Below are positions 49,702-64,000 of a stretch of 64,000 nucleotides of DNA, piece after piece. The position numbers were made by a program, and so were the translations under genes. The notes beneath the pieces are model-generated. The model was not told the DNA's origin. It did not search any database and saw nothing but the letters and a program-made list of their open reading frames with translations. Source of the stretch: Octopus bimaculoides (taxonomy: Eukaryota); contig NC_068985.1 of assembly GCF_001194135.2 (NCBI RefSeq), positions 2,270,320-2,334,319 on the forward strand, in the 5' to 3' direction. Numbering within the stretch: position 1 is the stretch's first letter; each line of letters opens with the position of its first letter.

Positions 49702-52700
49702 AGGATGCCTATCTTCCATGCTGGCATGGATTGCACAATTCAACTGGATCTAACGAGTCAGAGGTCAGTGTTGTTCTGCCATCTCTGCTCTGGAATCTGT
49801 TCTACAGTTGGATGCCATTCCGAATGTCAACCACTTTACAAGAAATATTTTGGGTGTTCTCATTTGTGGCACCAGCACCAGAGGGTTTGCCTTGTAACAT
49901 GCAAGACAAAGGTCCCTCTCAAGTGAGTAGGACCCCAGTAGAAAGAAAGGCAGCTTTGTATTAGGATTTGACAGGTTAAACTATGAAAGGCGTAGGAAAG
50001 GTTTCTTACAGTGGAGCTGTATGGACCCTACATTACATAGGGGGGTGTGGGTGTAATTGAGACGGAGCTAAAAAGAGAAAAGGGTGGCAGTGAGGTGCAA
50101 GAAGATGAATAGAAGAGGGTTAGGCTTGAATATTAAAGACAAGAATTATTAATGTTGGCTTCGAAATTTTGGCACAAGGCCAGCAATTTCAGGGAGTGAA
50201 TTAAGTCAATTAGATCAACACCAATACATAACTGAGAAGATGAACGACAAAGTCAGCCTCGACAGAATTTGTACCTGGAATATAAAGACAGGCAAAATAC
50301 CACCACCAAGCATTTTACCCAGCATGCAAATGATTCTGCCAGAACCACTTTCAGAGAATTACTTAGAAAAATGCATAACATTAATGTTATTAAAACAAAT
50401 TTTTAGAGAAGGAACAATGATGCAAACAGCAGTGGAGGGGATGGGGGGATTGCATTCCTGATTATTGATGAAGATGTAGAAATTATGACATATTTGTTGA
50501 GTGTTACTGGGGTAATTAAAAATGTCAGGATATTTAAAAAGACTTTAAAACATTTTAAAATTGAGATGATAGAGAAGAATGTCTGGATTAGAAGTAATAT
50601 GAGCTGCGTAAATTAAACATATTTTGAACCTTATTTTATATGGTTTTTGCTTAAATGATTTTGTTTCTGATTGTTAAGTCTACAAATATAAACTGTGTAA
50701 ATAATTACTCAAATTATGTCGAGAGAGAAAATATGACAAGGGAAAATGATATTGTATAAAATATTTAATTGTAGAACTTCAGAGAAAGTATATAGTAATA
50801 AATAAAAAAAATGATAGTGTATAAAATATCCAGGTGGATTATCAAAAAGAAATGGGTTTAATGAAGTAGAATAGGAAATAAGGTGAAGGCTGGGTGTTGG
50901 GGGTTATAAGTATAATATCATATAAATCAAATTAAAATGAAAGAAGGATTTAATTATAATTATTTAACCCCAATTAGATTTGTGAATAATGTTTTATGTA
51001 GTATTCTGTAAAGATAATGTGTGAATGATGTACAGAAATGTGGTTGTAGTAAAAAAGAATTTGGAATAGGCGAGTGGAAGGAAATTCCACCACAAAATTA
51101 ATAAGAGTGCTATTGAGATAACTGGATTTTGATTAGAGGGGACGAGTTTGAGAATTTGGTTGATTGTTAGGTATGAGTATGTTATTTAATGGAAATAAGT
51201 TGAAAAAATTGAAACATTTACTTCTAATATCAACAGATTATCAACAATATCAGTGCCACATAAAAAAGCACTGGTGCTGGTGCCACATGAAAAGCAGCCT
51301 GTTCACTCTGTAAAGTGGTTGGTGTTAGGAAAGGCATTCAACCATAGAAACCATGCCATAACGGACAAATAGAGCCTTGGGTGACTCGTGGCCTTGCTTG
51401 CTCTTGTCACACTGTCCAACCCATGCCAGCATGGAGAAGAGAAGTTTGATAATGATGACGATGATGATGATGATGATGATGATGAAACCGTGCTAATATG
51501 ATATATTGTTGGAGACCTTATTTAATATTGGTTATACATACCTCACAAATATATAAAGTGCATTTTCTAATGACAGTAGTCAGGTATTAAAAAGCTGGTG
51601 ACATTGATAAAGAAAGCTTAACTTTGGTCTCAAGATATAAGTAAGCATGTTATAATCCCCTTAGGAAGGGATTATAACTGAAGTGTGAAGAGAAGAATAC
51701 ATGTCTTTGAGATTTGTAGTTTCATTTGTATGTTCTTTAACTAAAAGTGAATCTGTTGAGAAAATATTAAAAGATAAAATGTCAGAGGCAATGGAGAATG
51801 GATCGAAGGCTGAAGAGATTACTGTGAGAAAACACTTCGTATTGTGTGTCGTTAATTTAATGTAGAAGTAGGGACAGATAAAATTTCATCATCTTCGGAA
51901 ATGCACTGTTTCAATGAACAGTATTATATTATAATTACTACAGATGGTGCACCAAAAATGGCTGTTCTTATATAAGCACAAGTGTTTAGATATATTATAT
52001 GAAACGAAAAACAAAAACAAAAAAAGGACAAGAGAATGAATGAACAGAAACAAAAAAGAAACATGTCTAAATGGATAAAAACTACAAACAAATAAGTATA
52101 AGAATTAAAATCTAAAGAATGAAATTAAAGTCTAAAAAATTATATACATATATATATATATATATATCATCATCATCATCGTTTAACGTCCACTTTCCAT
52201 GCTAGCATGGGTTGGACGATTTGACTGAGGACTGGTGAAACCAGATGGCAACACCAGGCTCCAATCTGATTGGGCAGAGTTTCTACAGCTGGATGCCCTT
52301 TCTAACGCCAACCACTCCGAGAGTGTTGCGGGTGCTTTTACGTGCCACTGGCACAAGGGCCAGTCAGGCGGTACTCCCATAAATAATGCAGTTTTTTTTA
52401 TATGTTTTATTTTTATTTTTCAATATTAAGATAAATATTAAGAAGGTGCCAAGCTGGGTGAAATGCCTGGTGGTGTTTCATCTGTCTTTACATTTCGAGT
52501 TCAAATTCCACTGAGGTCAACTTTGCTTTTCATTCTTCCAGGGGCGATAAATTAGGTTTTAGTTGCATATTGGGATTGATCTAATCAACTGGCCCTCTCC
52601 CACCAAAATTTCAGGCCTTGTGCCTAGAGGAAACTCTGCCAAATCAGATTAGAGCCTGGTGTAGCCATCTGGATCACCAGTCCTCAGTCAAATCGTCCAA

Positions 52701-55700
52701 CCCATGCTAGCATGGAAAGCAGACGTTAAACGGTGATGATGATATATATATATATATAATGCATATACACAAATACTCACACATATATATCTAAATATAC
52801 ATATATACACACACATAGACACACTCACATACATATTGATATGGTGGTTATATAAAGAGGCACAACTGTAAATGTATGAGCATAACAGTGTAGTTATACA
52901 ATGTAGGTGGAGTAAATATCTAAAAATAACAGCAATAGGAAAGACGGGTCTTTATTAATGGTGAAGATTGTATCTGGGTTTAATGGTTATTTGTTAAGAT
53001 ATAGCATTTATTTGAATTTATTGACTGTATTTATGTTAGAGTGAAAGCATTCAGACTGTCAGCTGAAAAATAGTTTTTTGGCAATGATTTCATAACTCTC
53101 TTTTGTACAAAGATAGCATGGTTTTTATGTTGGCAGTGTAGGACTTTATTAAGAATAGTATCTTGTATTTTAATTTATAGTTTTATGTTATACATTCTTA
53201 AGTTCCACATAGATTTTGTCAGTACTGTATCATTTTATTGTTGCAAAAGAGTGTGGTTATAATATTTAAATTTGAATCAATTAACAGAGAGACACGGACA
53301 TGTCTGTCATCGTCGTCATCTACCATACGTCTTCCAGCTTAACAGGAACTGACAAGTCAGAAAATAGTACCATTATCTATATTATTTTTTTTATCTTTTA
53401 CTTACTTCAGTAATTAGACTGCAGCCATACTGGGGCACCGTCTTGAAGAATCTTTAGTCAAATCAATTTTAAAGTTTGGTACTTATTCTATCAGGTCTTT
53501 TGCTGAACCACTAAGTTATGGGAGAGTTAACACACCAACACTTGTTGCCTAGCAGTAGGGGGGACAAACACACACGCACATACATATAACAGGCTTCTTA
53601 CAGTTTCCATCTACCAAATCCACTCACAAGGCTTACAGCAGACCAAGGCTATACTAAAAGACATTTATCCAAGGTGTCACACAGTGGGACTGAACCCAGA
53701 ATCATGTGGGTGGGGAAGAAAGCTTCTTACTACACAGCCATGCCCACACCTATATTTATGCATATTATATTATTATTTACCATATCTTTCTCATATTTTT
53801 CATTGTAGTTTACGTGGTAAATATCATATATATATATATCTTTATATATATATATATATATATATATGTTAAAATTAGCATTGGTTTGTCTCACTCTTTC
53901 TCATGCAACACCTAGAAATCTTTTGCGGAATCCTAGGGTTTCCAGGAACTCCAGTTGAGAAACAGTGGTGCAGTGGCTTGCAGCAGAAACACGTGTAGGT
54001 CTAAGTAAAGAACAATGTAAATAACTGTTTGGTAAAACTTTGATATACAAATCTCTGTTCTCCTGATCTTCATTAATATCACACACATACACACACACAC
54101 ACATGCATGAATATAGGTGTCTATATATGTGTATGGCTATATTTGTGGGTGCATGTTTGTGTGTATATGTTTGTATGTAGTTTTCTGTGCATATTTGTGT
54201 TGTGGGTGTGTGTGAACATGTATGTGTTTGAGCATGAGAGTATGTGTGAGTATTTGTTGAACCCTTAGATACAAACTTCATGTTCTGAGCAAGGACATAA
54301 TCATTTCTGGAGAAAATATACATTTTTGCTTAATTTTTGTAGTTTTGTATTTATTTTTCATTTCTTTATCTGATTCTAAAACAGACAAAATCAAATATTT
54401 TCTCCATTTTTAATCAGTTTGGCAAAGATCTAAATTTCTCAGACCAAAATGCAATGAATATGAAATTCTTCTCTCCAATTGGTCTGTTGCTCAGTCGTAG
54501 AACTTCCCAGTATCCAATTAAAGTTGCACATATAGATATGCAAATTACAAAATATGCAGAAAGTTATCATTTTTATAACAAAGATATTTTTTCTCATCAT
54601 TCTTTTTGTTTTTGTTTACTGTTTATTAATTTGATTTTCCTTTTTTTTTTTTTTTTTTTTTTTTGTGGGGTTAGGGGATGTTGCAGAGAAGAGAAATCTG
54701 GAATTTTACAAGAAGAGAATGATGCATAATATGAGCAAATGTGGTAAAATGCAAAACGATTTTATAGGGAAAATTATCAAGAAATATTTGTATAAATAAA
54801 TTTATAAAAAAACTGAAGTAAAAATAAAACAAGCTTTCTATATTTCATGTCTTATTTGTTGATTATGGTGGCAGTGGTGCTGCTGGTGGTGATGAGACAG
54901 GACTTCCAAGCGGTCCCAGGATAATTGTGTGATGTATACATGGAACATTCACATGAATACAACAAAATTTATGGAAAAATTCCCAGAAAAATTTTAATAT
55001 TTTTGGCTGTTTTTTTTTTTTTCTTAAATTTTTTTAAATATGATTTCTATATTTATGTTTTTGTTTATAATTGTCTTTCAATTTATTTATTCTCAATTCT
55101 AACAACAGCAACATGCTGCAATAGAAATCGTATAAAATAATAACAACCACAACAACCATATTTCAATTGGTTTTTACAAAAGGATGGACAAATCCGTAAA
55201 CTCTCTGTCTTGTTCTTTTCCTATTTTTCTTCAAACGGATTTGCTTGGGACATTTTATTTTTCCATAATCATAAAATATTTTATGACTCAACTCAATGGT
55301 ACCTAGCTTTGTAAAAACTTGGAAGCAAATGAAGCCGGCTGTTTTCAATAAAAAGAAAATTAAACTTATTAAAACTCGAAATATAATGAGTACCAGATAT
55401 TTTATGATTAGTTAAAATGGATTTGACATCTTTAGAGTTAATCAGAAATAATTATGCAGTAACAAAAAATGCATAAAATTAGTTAATGGCTAAATGTTAT
55501 GATTGTTCTGTGAGTATGGGAAGTAACTACAGACATGCTTCATCCTTATTCTGATATCATCAGCAAAGCATAGAGATTACCATATTTGCTGAAGTAAGGA
55601 TGGCAGAATCACAAAGTAAATGTACAAAATTACACATTGGCTGACATGGGGAAAATAACTAACACAGAGATACCATCTCACCTTGTCTGGTCACAAACCA

Positions 55701-57213
55701 GTTTTTTAGAAATCAAAACTTTGATCCATTAAACCTTAAACTCTTACCCTGTCTTCACATATGGTCACAAACATTTTAATCTAAAATTCTCCCTTTCCGT
55801 TAATTTTGGAATCCTTTACATTAGGTAATGGTTTATATAATTTATGATATTTAGTTACATTTCTTTAAAAACAAATACTGCCAATATCAGCTTAACCTAA
55901 AATCATTTAGAGGTTTTAAAAGTAGATTTTAGTCATTTTAATAAACTAGGTATGATTGACTTTACCTCTTTAATATAATCAATATACCTTTAATTGTAAT
56001 GCCTTAACATGGACATAGTCCAATGAGGGGAAACAGCAAAAGAATAAATTACTGTTATCTCTCCAATTTACCTTGTTCGGAATGAAAGAGACATATACCA
56101 CAAAGGAGTTAGTCCAAACCCTAATAATTTTCCCAGTCCACCATCTTTTATTGACCTCAGAAGGATAAAATGAAAAGTTGAATTTGATGGGATTTGAACT
56201 CATAAAGAGTGGAAGCATAAACCACAAGATATTTTGTTCAACACTCAATGATTCTGTCAGTGTGTTGCCTATTCTATTTAGCTAATTAATGCCTTTTAAT
56301 CCAAATTTTTAACAACAAAAAATGCTTATGAAATTCACTGCATGTAGAAAGGCATGAAAATATTACAATAAATAAGTCCAATATTCAAGCAAGATTATTC
56401 AAAATCATCATCATCATCGTCGTTTAACGTCTCTGTTTTCGATGCTGGCAAGGAGGGATGGAAAGCCAGCAGCTTCACCAGGCTCCAATCTGATCTGGCA
56501 ATGTTTCTACAGCTGGATGCCTTTCCTAATGCCAACCACTCCACAGGAGCCAGTCAGGAGGTACTGGCATCGGCCACGTTCGGATAGTGCTTTTTACATG
56601 CCACCGGTATGGGGGCCAGTAAGGGGGCACTGGCATCAACCATGTTTAGATGGTGCTTTTTTACACGCAACCAGCATGGGGGTCAGTCATGCAGACCTGG
56701 CATCAACCACATTTGGATGGTGCTTTTTACAAACAAACGAGTCACAGACAGTCGAATCAAAATATTACTTTCTAAGCAATTCGTTTTGCTAAGAAAGAAC
56801 GTTCAATTAAGTCAACACCTGTACAAGAGAGAAGATATTTCATGTACCTGGGATTGTAAGAGGATAAAAGGCAAACTGAAATGAAATTTGAACTGAGAAA
56901 TATCAGTAAATACCAAGCGGATGAGAGTTTCTTCAAGGTTTCACTGATTCTGCCATTTACGGCGCTCTATTCCCGTCAAAATAATAATCCATATTATACT
57001 GAAGAAGAAAACTTTGACTTTCTGCTGCATATTCTTAGATGCCACCAGAGAAATCATATCTACTTCATCTTCCAATCCTATTCTATGACAAACTGATGGA
57101 TATGCTACAGGAAAAAAATAACAATTAAAAACAGTAAAAAACAAGGGAAAAGAAACTGGTAAAATATATGCATATATATGCATATGAGTGCAAATATATA
57201 CATCCATAATATA

Positions 57214-57254
<41 letters not shown>

Positions 57255-58049
57255 GTATTAAAATACATACATAGATATATGTGCATAGATGCATATATAT
57301 GCATATGCATGCACATATTTTTTTAATTTTCATTTTCTTTTCTCTTTGTTCTTACAGTTTGTGTGTGTGCAGGTGTGTATGTGTGTCGAGGGATGATAGC
57401 TTGCGTAAGTGTGTATATGTAACTTGATACAGTTGCAAATATGTTTATATATTTTTATATAAGTAGATACGTATATGCATATATCAGCATCATCATCATG
57501 TATGTATATATATATATATATACAGAGAGAGAGAGAGAGAGANNNNNNNNNNNNNNNNNNNNNNNNNNNNNNNNNNNNNNNNNNNNNNNNNNNNNNNNNN
57601 NNNNNNNNNNNNNNNNNNNNNNNNNNNNNNNNNNNNNNNNNNNNNNNNNNNNNNNNNNNNNNNNNNNNNNNNNNNNNNNNNNNNNNNNNNNNNNNNNNNN
57701 NNNNNNNNNNNNNNNNNNNNNNNNNNNNNNNNNNNNNNNNNNNNNNNNNNNNNNNNNNNNNNNNNNNNNNNNNNNNNNNNNNNNNNNNNNNNNNNNNNNN
57801 NNNNNNNNNNNNNNNNNNNNNNNNNNNNNNNNNNNNNNNNNNNNNNNNNNNNNNNNNNNNNNNNNNNNNNNNNNNNNNNNNNNNNNNNNNNNNNNNNNNN
57901 NNNNNNNNNNNNNNNNNNNNNNNNNNNNNNNNNNNNNNNNNNNNNNNNNNNNNNNNNNNNNNNNNNNNNNNNNNNNNNNGAGAGAGAGAGAGAGAGAGAG
58001 AGAGATATTGTTATAGATATATATATATAGAGAGAGAGAGCTATTTATG

Positions 58050-58085
<36 letters not shown>

Positions 58086-58472
58086 TGTGCACACATATAT
58101 ATGTATATCTTATCTCTACAAGTATCAGCAACCATGTACACAAAACAGCATACAGATATACATCTCAACATACATGCATTCTCTCATGCATGTACACACA
58201 TGCACGTATACGCACACACACACGCACATGCATACACGTATACACGCACACACATGCATGCACAAAGACATGCACACTCACACACACATGCAAATATATC
58301 AGCTTCAATGAATCTCAAACCTTAAAGCCAAAAGAAACTTTAACACAACCAAAATAATTTACTCATAAACAGATAAATATCATATATATATATACATATA
58401 TATATACACATACACATATATATATATGTGTATATATGTATGTATATATATAAGTATGAATATATATATCTA

Positions 58473-58535
<63 letters not shown>

Positions 58536-59499
58536 ACATGTGTATGCATGCATGTATGTATGTATGTTTATAGATATACATGCATATATATATATATATN
58601 NNNNNNNNNNNNNNNNNNNNNNNNNNNNNNNNNNNNNNNNNNNNNNNNNNNNNNNNNNNNNNNNNNNNNNNNNNNNNNNNNNNNNNNNNNNNNNNNNNNN
58701 NNNNNNNNNNNNNNNNNNNNNNNNNNNNNNNNNNNNNNNNNNNNNNNNNNNNNNNNNNNNNNNNNNNNNNNNNNNNNNNNNNNNNNNNNNNNNNNNNNNN
58801 NNNNNNNNNNNNNNNNNNNTATATATACACACACACACATATATATATATATGTGTGTGTGTGTGATTGCACGTATGTAACTATATCCGCACAACAAATA
58901 TATAATTTTAAGCTAATAAATGAATAGCAATCATTATCACCAGCACCATCATCATCATCATTATCTTTATCATTATTATTATTATTATTGTTATAATTAT
59001 TATTGTTATTATCATTATTATTAGTGTTATTACTACAACATAGATAAGTATATAGATAGTTGAATGAATAAATCTGGGTAAATTTGTCATGTTCTTAATT
59101 GTTTATTATTTCGAAAAAATATTCACCAGAAATTATGACTCAAGAAAAACAACAACACTTGAAAGTGAAAAGGAAAATTTATCCGGAAAAATTATATGGT
59201 ATCACCAAATCTGCTCCCTTCATCTTCCACCATAAACATAAGTTGATGTGAAATCTACCTTATTTTAAAAGTAACACAGCATCAAACACGACTCATAATC
59301 TTGCCGACCTCAGCAGTTTGTCATCAACGAATGTTATAATTAAATACAAGTTTGTTTCTGTTTTTACATTTTATGTCTTTTCATGTATTTATCTATTAGG
59401 GTGTATTTTGTGTTACTGTTGTTGTTTTTGTTTTTTTTTCCATTTTAAAATTGACTTTAGTTCCTGTGTTATTGATTTTGTCTATCATTATCATGGACA

Positions 59500-59512
59500 T
59501 CATCACCACCAG

Positions 59513-59565
<53 letters not shown>

Positions 59566-59832
59566 ATATCATCGTCCTCATCATCATTATCACCATTATC
59601 ATCATCACCACCATCATCATCATCATCACCACCACCACCACCACCACCACCACACCCATCGTCATCATCATCATCCTCATCATCATCCTCATCATTATTG
59701 TCATCAACACCACTACCACCACAGATTGTTATCATCACCACCACCACCACAATCATTAGTGTCGTCATCACTGTCATCATCTTCATTGTTTTCCTTATCA
59801 TTAGCATCACTACCACCACCACCACCACCACT

Positions 59833-59867
<35 letters not shown>

Positions 59868-59889
59868 TGTCATCATCATCATTATCATT

Positions 59890-59933
<44 letters not shown>

Positions 59934-60020
59934 GGCTCTTGTGATCATTATCGTCACCACCATCATCATCATTGTCATTGTCATCATCAACATCATCATC
60001 ATCATCCTCATCATCATTTT
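59500..60020. repeat. Compound (CAT)/(CAC) trinucleotide tract
   Basis: Low complexity; source of the poly-H and poly-M pseudo-ORFs. Confidence 0.9.
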
Positions 60021-60979
60021 TTTATGGTTTAGCCAGAAGGAAAGCAGCTTTGCAACTCGCCTGAGACTGGTGAGATTGATACAGTTGATGTTTTTCTTGA
60101 AGTTGTCTTGAAGTGGATGTCTGCAGAAATGGGTGTGGGACAAAAGATGGGTGGACAGGCTGCAGAAGAAGGTTTAGGCGAAGATAATGAGTGATGAAAG
60201 GTGAAGAGGCGGGTGTGTTGGGGGATGGCAACGGAGGTTAGTATACAAATAGCTAACTCAATGAAGCAAAGGCCCCTGTAGTAGTGGTAGTAAAGGTCAG
60301 AGGGAGGAGTCACCCAAATTCCAAATCTTCCCACTTATTCAATGTTCAGTCAATACCAAAGATCAGGCATGAATAAACAAAGACAAAACAAAAAAACAAG
60401 ACTGAATACATTCACCAACACCTACCCCCAACACAAAAACACATTGTGCCACTTGACTTGTTGAATTTACACAGCCAACAACCTAACCTTTGGGCAGAAT
60501 TGTAATTTTTTTCTTCAGACACAAACATGAATTTAGAAGCAGACGAAATTTTATGCTTACATACATACAAATCATAGCCATTGAACCACTGAACGACATA
60601 CAAACAACTCCAGACTACTCTACCATTTGACATATTAAATTTAGAGAGCCTTGATTGTTGGGGACTGTCATTGGAAACGTTCACCCAATCATGTCAGCCT
60701 TAATTTTAAACCTTTAAAACTAAACAATCTAAAAAACTATGAGTGCATTTTCAACTTCTTTTTTCTACATTTCTATCTGTGTGGAATAAAATAACATTTT
60801 TTCTATACACTCACTCACACACACACACACACACACACACATCACCTTAACCACAATGGAAAATCTTAATACTTTAAGAAATATTTATTAATTCCGTATG
60901 TGTGGAAGGGGTGTGGAAGTGTGTGTATAAGTGTGTGTGTAGCAACATGAATATTCATAAGATGAACGCATATGTAAGT

Positions 60980-61455
60980 TTGCATCATCATCAAAGGTCA
61001 CTGAAGGACATTTCTGTCTTTCTAAATCAGCCATGCATAACATACCAATTTGAAATTTTATGCTCTTTTGGTACTGCACCCAGTCACCTTAACTATAGCA
61101 AATGTTATCTCCTTCACAAACCTCTTTCACCCCAGACTCAACACTGTATTGTTTATCTTTTTATTCATTTCCTCTGTATTTTGTTTCTGTTATTTTATTT
61201 TTGTTCTTTTATTTTATAATTTTATTCATTTAACTCCCATGGGTATATTTGCTCAAATCTTTGGTAAACAAATCTATAATTAATTTATTTTACTCTTTTT
61301 TATCTTTTCATTTATTTTTTCCTGTAGTTACTCCATCTGTTTATCTTCATGTTCTTTAATACGCTCCTGATGTAGTCATTCTAGTGTCTGTAAAGGGTGC
61401 AAGTCTACCAAGTACATCTACCATCAACTATTATATAATGAGAAAACTTGCTAAA
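60980..61455 (+). pseudogene. Penelope-like element 3' remnant
   Basis: HQRSLKDISVF…ILCSFGTAPSHLN resembles the PLE endonuclease C-terminus (HSL.DISV…LGT..P.GLN). It is followed by a T-rich tail and a decayed CTGATG(T)AGTCATT…AATGAGAAA motif. Confidence 0.45.
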
Positions 61456-62019
61456 TTGTGCAGTTCTGATGTTTCACTTGCCTTGATTGATTCTGGTGTG
61501 TAGTCTGTCCATTGTTACAGCATAGTTATATTCATATATATACAAGGGGGGCTCTGAAAGGGGTCTCAGGAAGTAGCATCCCTGCCTTCCTAAGCTAGTT
61601 TTCCACCGCATTACTTAAAAATCGTGGTAGAGGCCTTAGTTTCGGGATCACCCATGTCTAGAAACTGAGATTGGAAGTAAGCAAGAGCATGCTCCTCATA
61701 GAAAATCCAGCTCCAAAAAAGCCTCATGACAATAGCAAAGGAGAATGGGCACCAGCCAGCCCAAAGTTTGGGGTGGGCTGCACCTGCCTACCTCAGTTGC
61801 TACTGCATTGAGGTAGATCCAGCCACCCTCATTAACCAGGACAAAACCCAGATTTAAAACACTGGATGATGATGATGATGATCTATATGTGTTTTGGTTG
61901 ATGTAATGTCACTGATGTACCAGGACACAGATTACAAAAAACTGTCTACAAAAGGAATAAACATCTATTCTCTTATTTGATTAATTTATATATACTCCCC
62001 ACTATTGTTTATCATCACC

Positions 62020-62700
62020 CCATCATGATCATCCTCATTTAACGTCCGTTGGTCATGCTGGCATGAACGCTTTTACACAGGGCCACACAGTTGCTTTTTT
62101 GTAGAGCTGCACAGGCACTTTTACATGGTGTCACACAAACACTTTTATGTGGCACAGCAAAAGCTTTTTACATGACACTAGTAAAAGACTCTTGCAGATC
62201 AGTCCTTGCCACTGGGTGGTGGGGGTCCAGTCTTAACACTTCTGCAGCAGAATATGGATCATCTTGCATACAGCAAGGTGCCAGGCATTTCAGTCCTTTG
62301 TCATCTCATCTGAAAGGTTCAGAGTCCTGAGATTGTCCTTCAGCACTTTGTCCCATGTCTTCCCAAGTCTCCCACTTCCACATGTTCCGTCTCCTTTGAG
62401 AGATTAGCACTTCTTTATGGAGCTGTTGGCATCCATCTGCATAACATCATCTTACCAGTGCAGTCTTCTCTCTTGCACACAGTAACTGATTTCCTTTATG
62501 TCTAACTTCTCTCTCAAAGCACTTGCATTCTGTCAAACATGTACACTTACATTACACATCCAGCAGAGCATACTAGCCTCATTTTTTTCTAAAGTTTGCA
62601 TGTCCCCTGCATTCAGGGTCCACATCTCACATTAGCATATATTACTTCCCAGGGGCAGCCGGTCTTGAATTCCTCTGTTATGGCCAAGAGGATAATGATA
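62020..62700 (-). pseudogene. RTE LINE 3' fragment
   Basis: EMWTLNAGDMQTLEKNEASMLCWMCNVSVHV*QNASALREKLDIKEI…ERRLHW…KTWDKVLKD, followed by a decayed tail and (CAT)n. Confidence 0.8.
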
Positions 62701-62945
62701 AAGTGCAGGAGAAGGAGAGAAAGAGTGGGAGACAACAGGACAGGAAAGAGATGGTGACAAAGTGTCTGGAATACTCACAAGGGACAGGGATCAGAATATA
62801 AAAGAATAACCCAATGCCAGAATCGAACCCACAAATCATATGTTATTATGACATATTATTATTATACAGTTATTGTTATACTATGTGTCTTCCATAGTAG
62901 CTTTCTCTCCGTAACTTACAAAGCCTTCCTGGTTTGTTTACAAAT

Positions 62946-63031
<86 letters not shown>

Positions 63032-63309
63032 TGTGCATTGTTATTAATCCAAACAAGTGGAGGAATAGAAGAAATGAAGTTGAAAATGCACAGAGAATAT
63101 ATGAGAGTTAATTGGAATTTAATTCTATTTTAAAATATACTTTACCAGAATCCCATTCGATTTTCAAAAGTTTATTGAGTTGTGGTTGTGAATTATGTCT
63201 CTTCTGGCCATTGTTATAAAAATAGTTTGTTTCTAAAGCAGAAATGCGGTTTAGAACACTGTCCGTTAGCATAAAGATTTATTGGTCAATGTTTGTGCAT
63301 TACGCTCAC

Positions 63310-63504
63310 CAGTGGCCTATGGTGGTTCTTATATTGGATGCAACACCACACCCGGTGCCACCAAATTTCAGGCAGGGGTATAACAAAGGTTTTCCATTAA
63401 GATTTGTGATTAAATTAACGAGTAAGGTTAATTATTTCTAATGAATTTACCGTTTTTGATGGGTGTGCAGTGCAGGCATAGCACACCTAGAATATACGCC
63501 CCTG
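63310..63504. mobile_element. hAT-type MITE
   Basis: TIRs CAGTGGCCTA / TACGCCCCTG; the flanking 8-mers ACGCTCAC / ACGTTCAT (6/8 identical) fit a decayed 8-bp target-site duplication. Confidence 0.6.
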
Positions 63505-64000
63505 ACGTTCATGTGAGAAGGTCGCATAAAAGTTTTTCTCCATTGAATGTCATGTGACAATTGGAAAAGAGAGATATAAAGAAGTGATATAATAATTGTT
63601 TACATAAAAGTGTCATAGATAATTATTTTTTATTATTCTGCTAAAGAATAATGTTAACAGTTAGAGCCAGTTCCTTCCTAGGGAACATCTTAAAGCATAT
63701 CCTTTCTTGTTAACAAGGTGAGGGGTAAGTAAGATAGATGATAGCTGCTCTGTGAATTTTGATTTTCTCAAGAAAGAGTCCAAGTAGACATTCTACAATA
63801 AAAGAAATTCATAAGAGAAGGAGAATTGTGTATAACTGATATTTTTTCCATAGCCTCTTCAGAAGTGGATTGTAATTTTAATAACTGAACTTTCCTTAAT
63901 AATTCTTGTCTGGTCTGGAGTATTCTCTGCATGATGCTAGTGTGACAAGACAAGAAATTTGGGAGTTGTATTTCTTGTGCATGTGTCCAAATGTTCATTA

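Noticed and set aside
50430-51230. Very old Penelope-like RT remnant on the minus strand
   Set aside because: Only scattered 3-4 residue resemblances (e.g. HPAF) in AT-rich sequence; cannot be supported without an alignment.
51649-51678. 11-bp perfect hairpin GTTATAATCCC/GGGATTATAAC
   Set aside because: Too short and isolated; plausible by chance in 64 kb of AT-rich DNA.
54400-54560. Minus-strand frame …GYWEVLRLSNRPIGEKNF…
   Set aside because: Short, bounded by stops, with no convincing splice sites or known motif.
56800-57130. 71-aa ORF / possible PLE endonuclease remnant
   Set aside because: GIY-YIG-like motifs can be recovered only by assuming several frameshifts; insufficient evidence.

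Overview
AT-rich eukaryotic non-coding DNA with extreme microsatellite density and 8 assembly gaps. The SINE/RTE repeat style is consistent with a cephalopod (Octopus-like) genome; this is inference, not verified. No host protein-coding exon could be recognised, and essentially all ORFs in the track are artefacts of microsatellites or N-runs. The window is a transposon graveyard: decayed Gypsy pol, Penelope-like (RT + GIY-YIG) relics, RTE LINE fragments with about 20 RTE 3'-tail copies, an R4/RLE-type LINE C-terminus, three tRNA-derived SINE families, Tc1/pogo-, piggyBac- and hAT-type MITEs, and a probable Helitron. First notable signal: four sequence-unrelated fold-back elements (59-440, 6067-6566, 22372-22813, 33537-33700) share one architecture, a hammerhead-ribozyme motif in each arm pointing outwards. 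The pair at 6205-6254/6380-6428 has intact cores, and one element also carries a tRNA-derived Pol III head. Second notable signal: a ~28-unit minisatellite (37632-38311) next to the Helitron-like element, whose core overlaps heat-shock-element, STAT, ETS and kB-like motifs.
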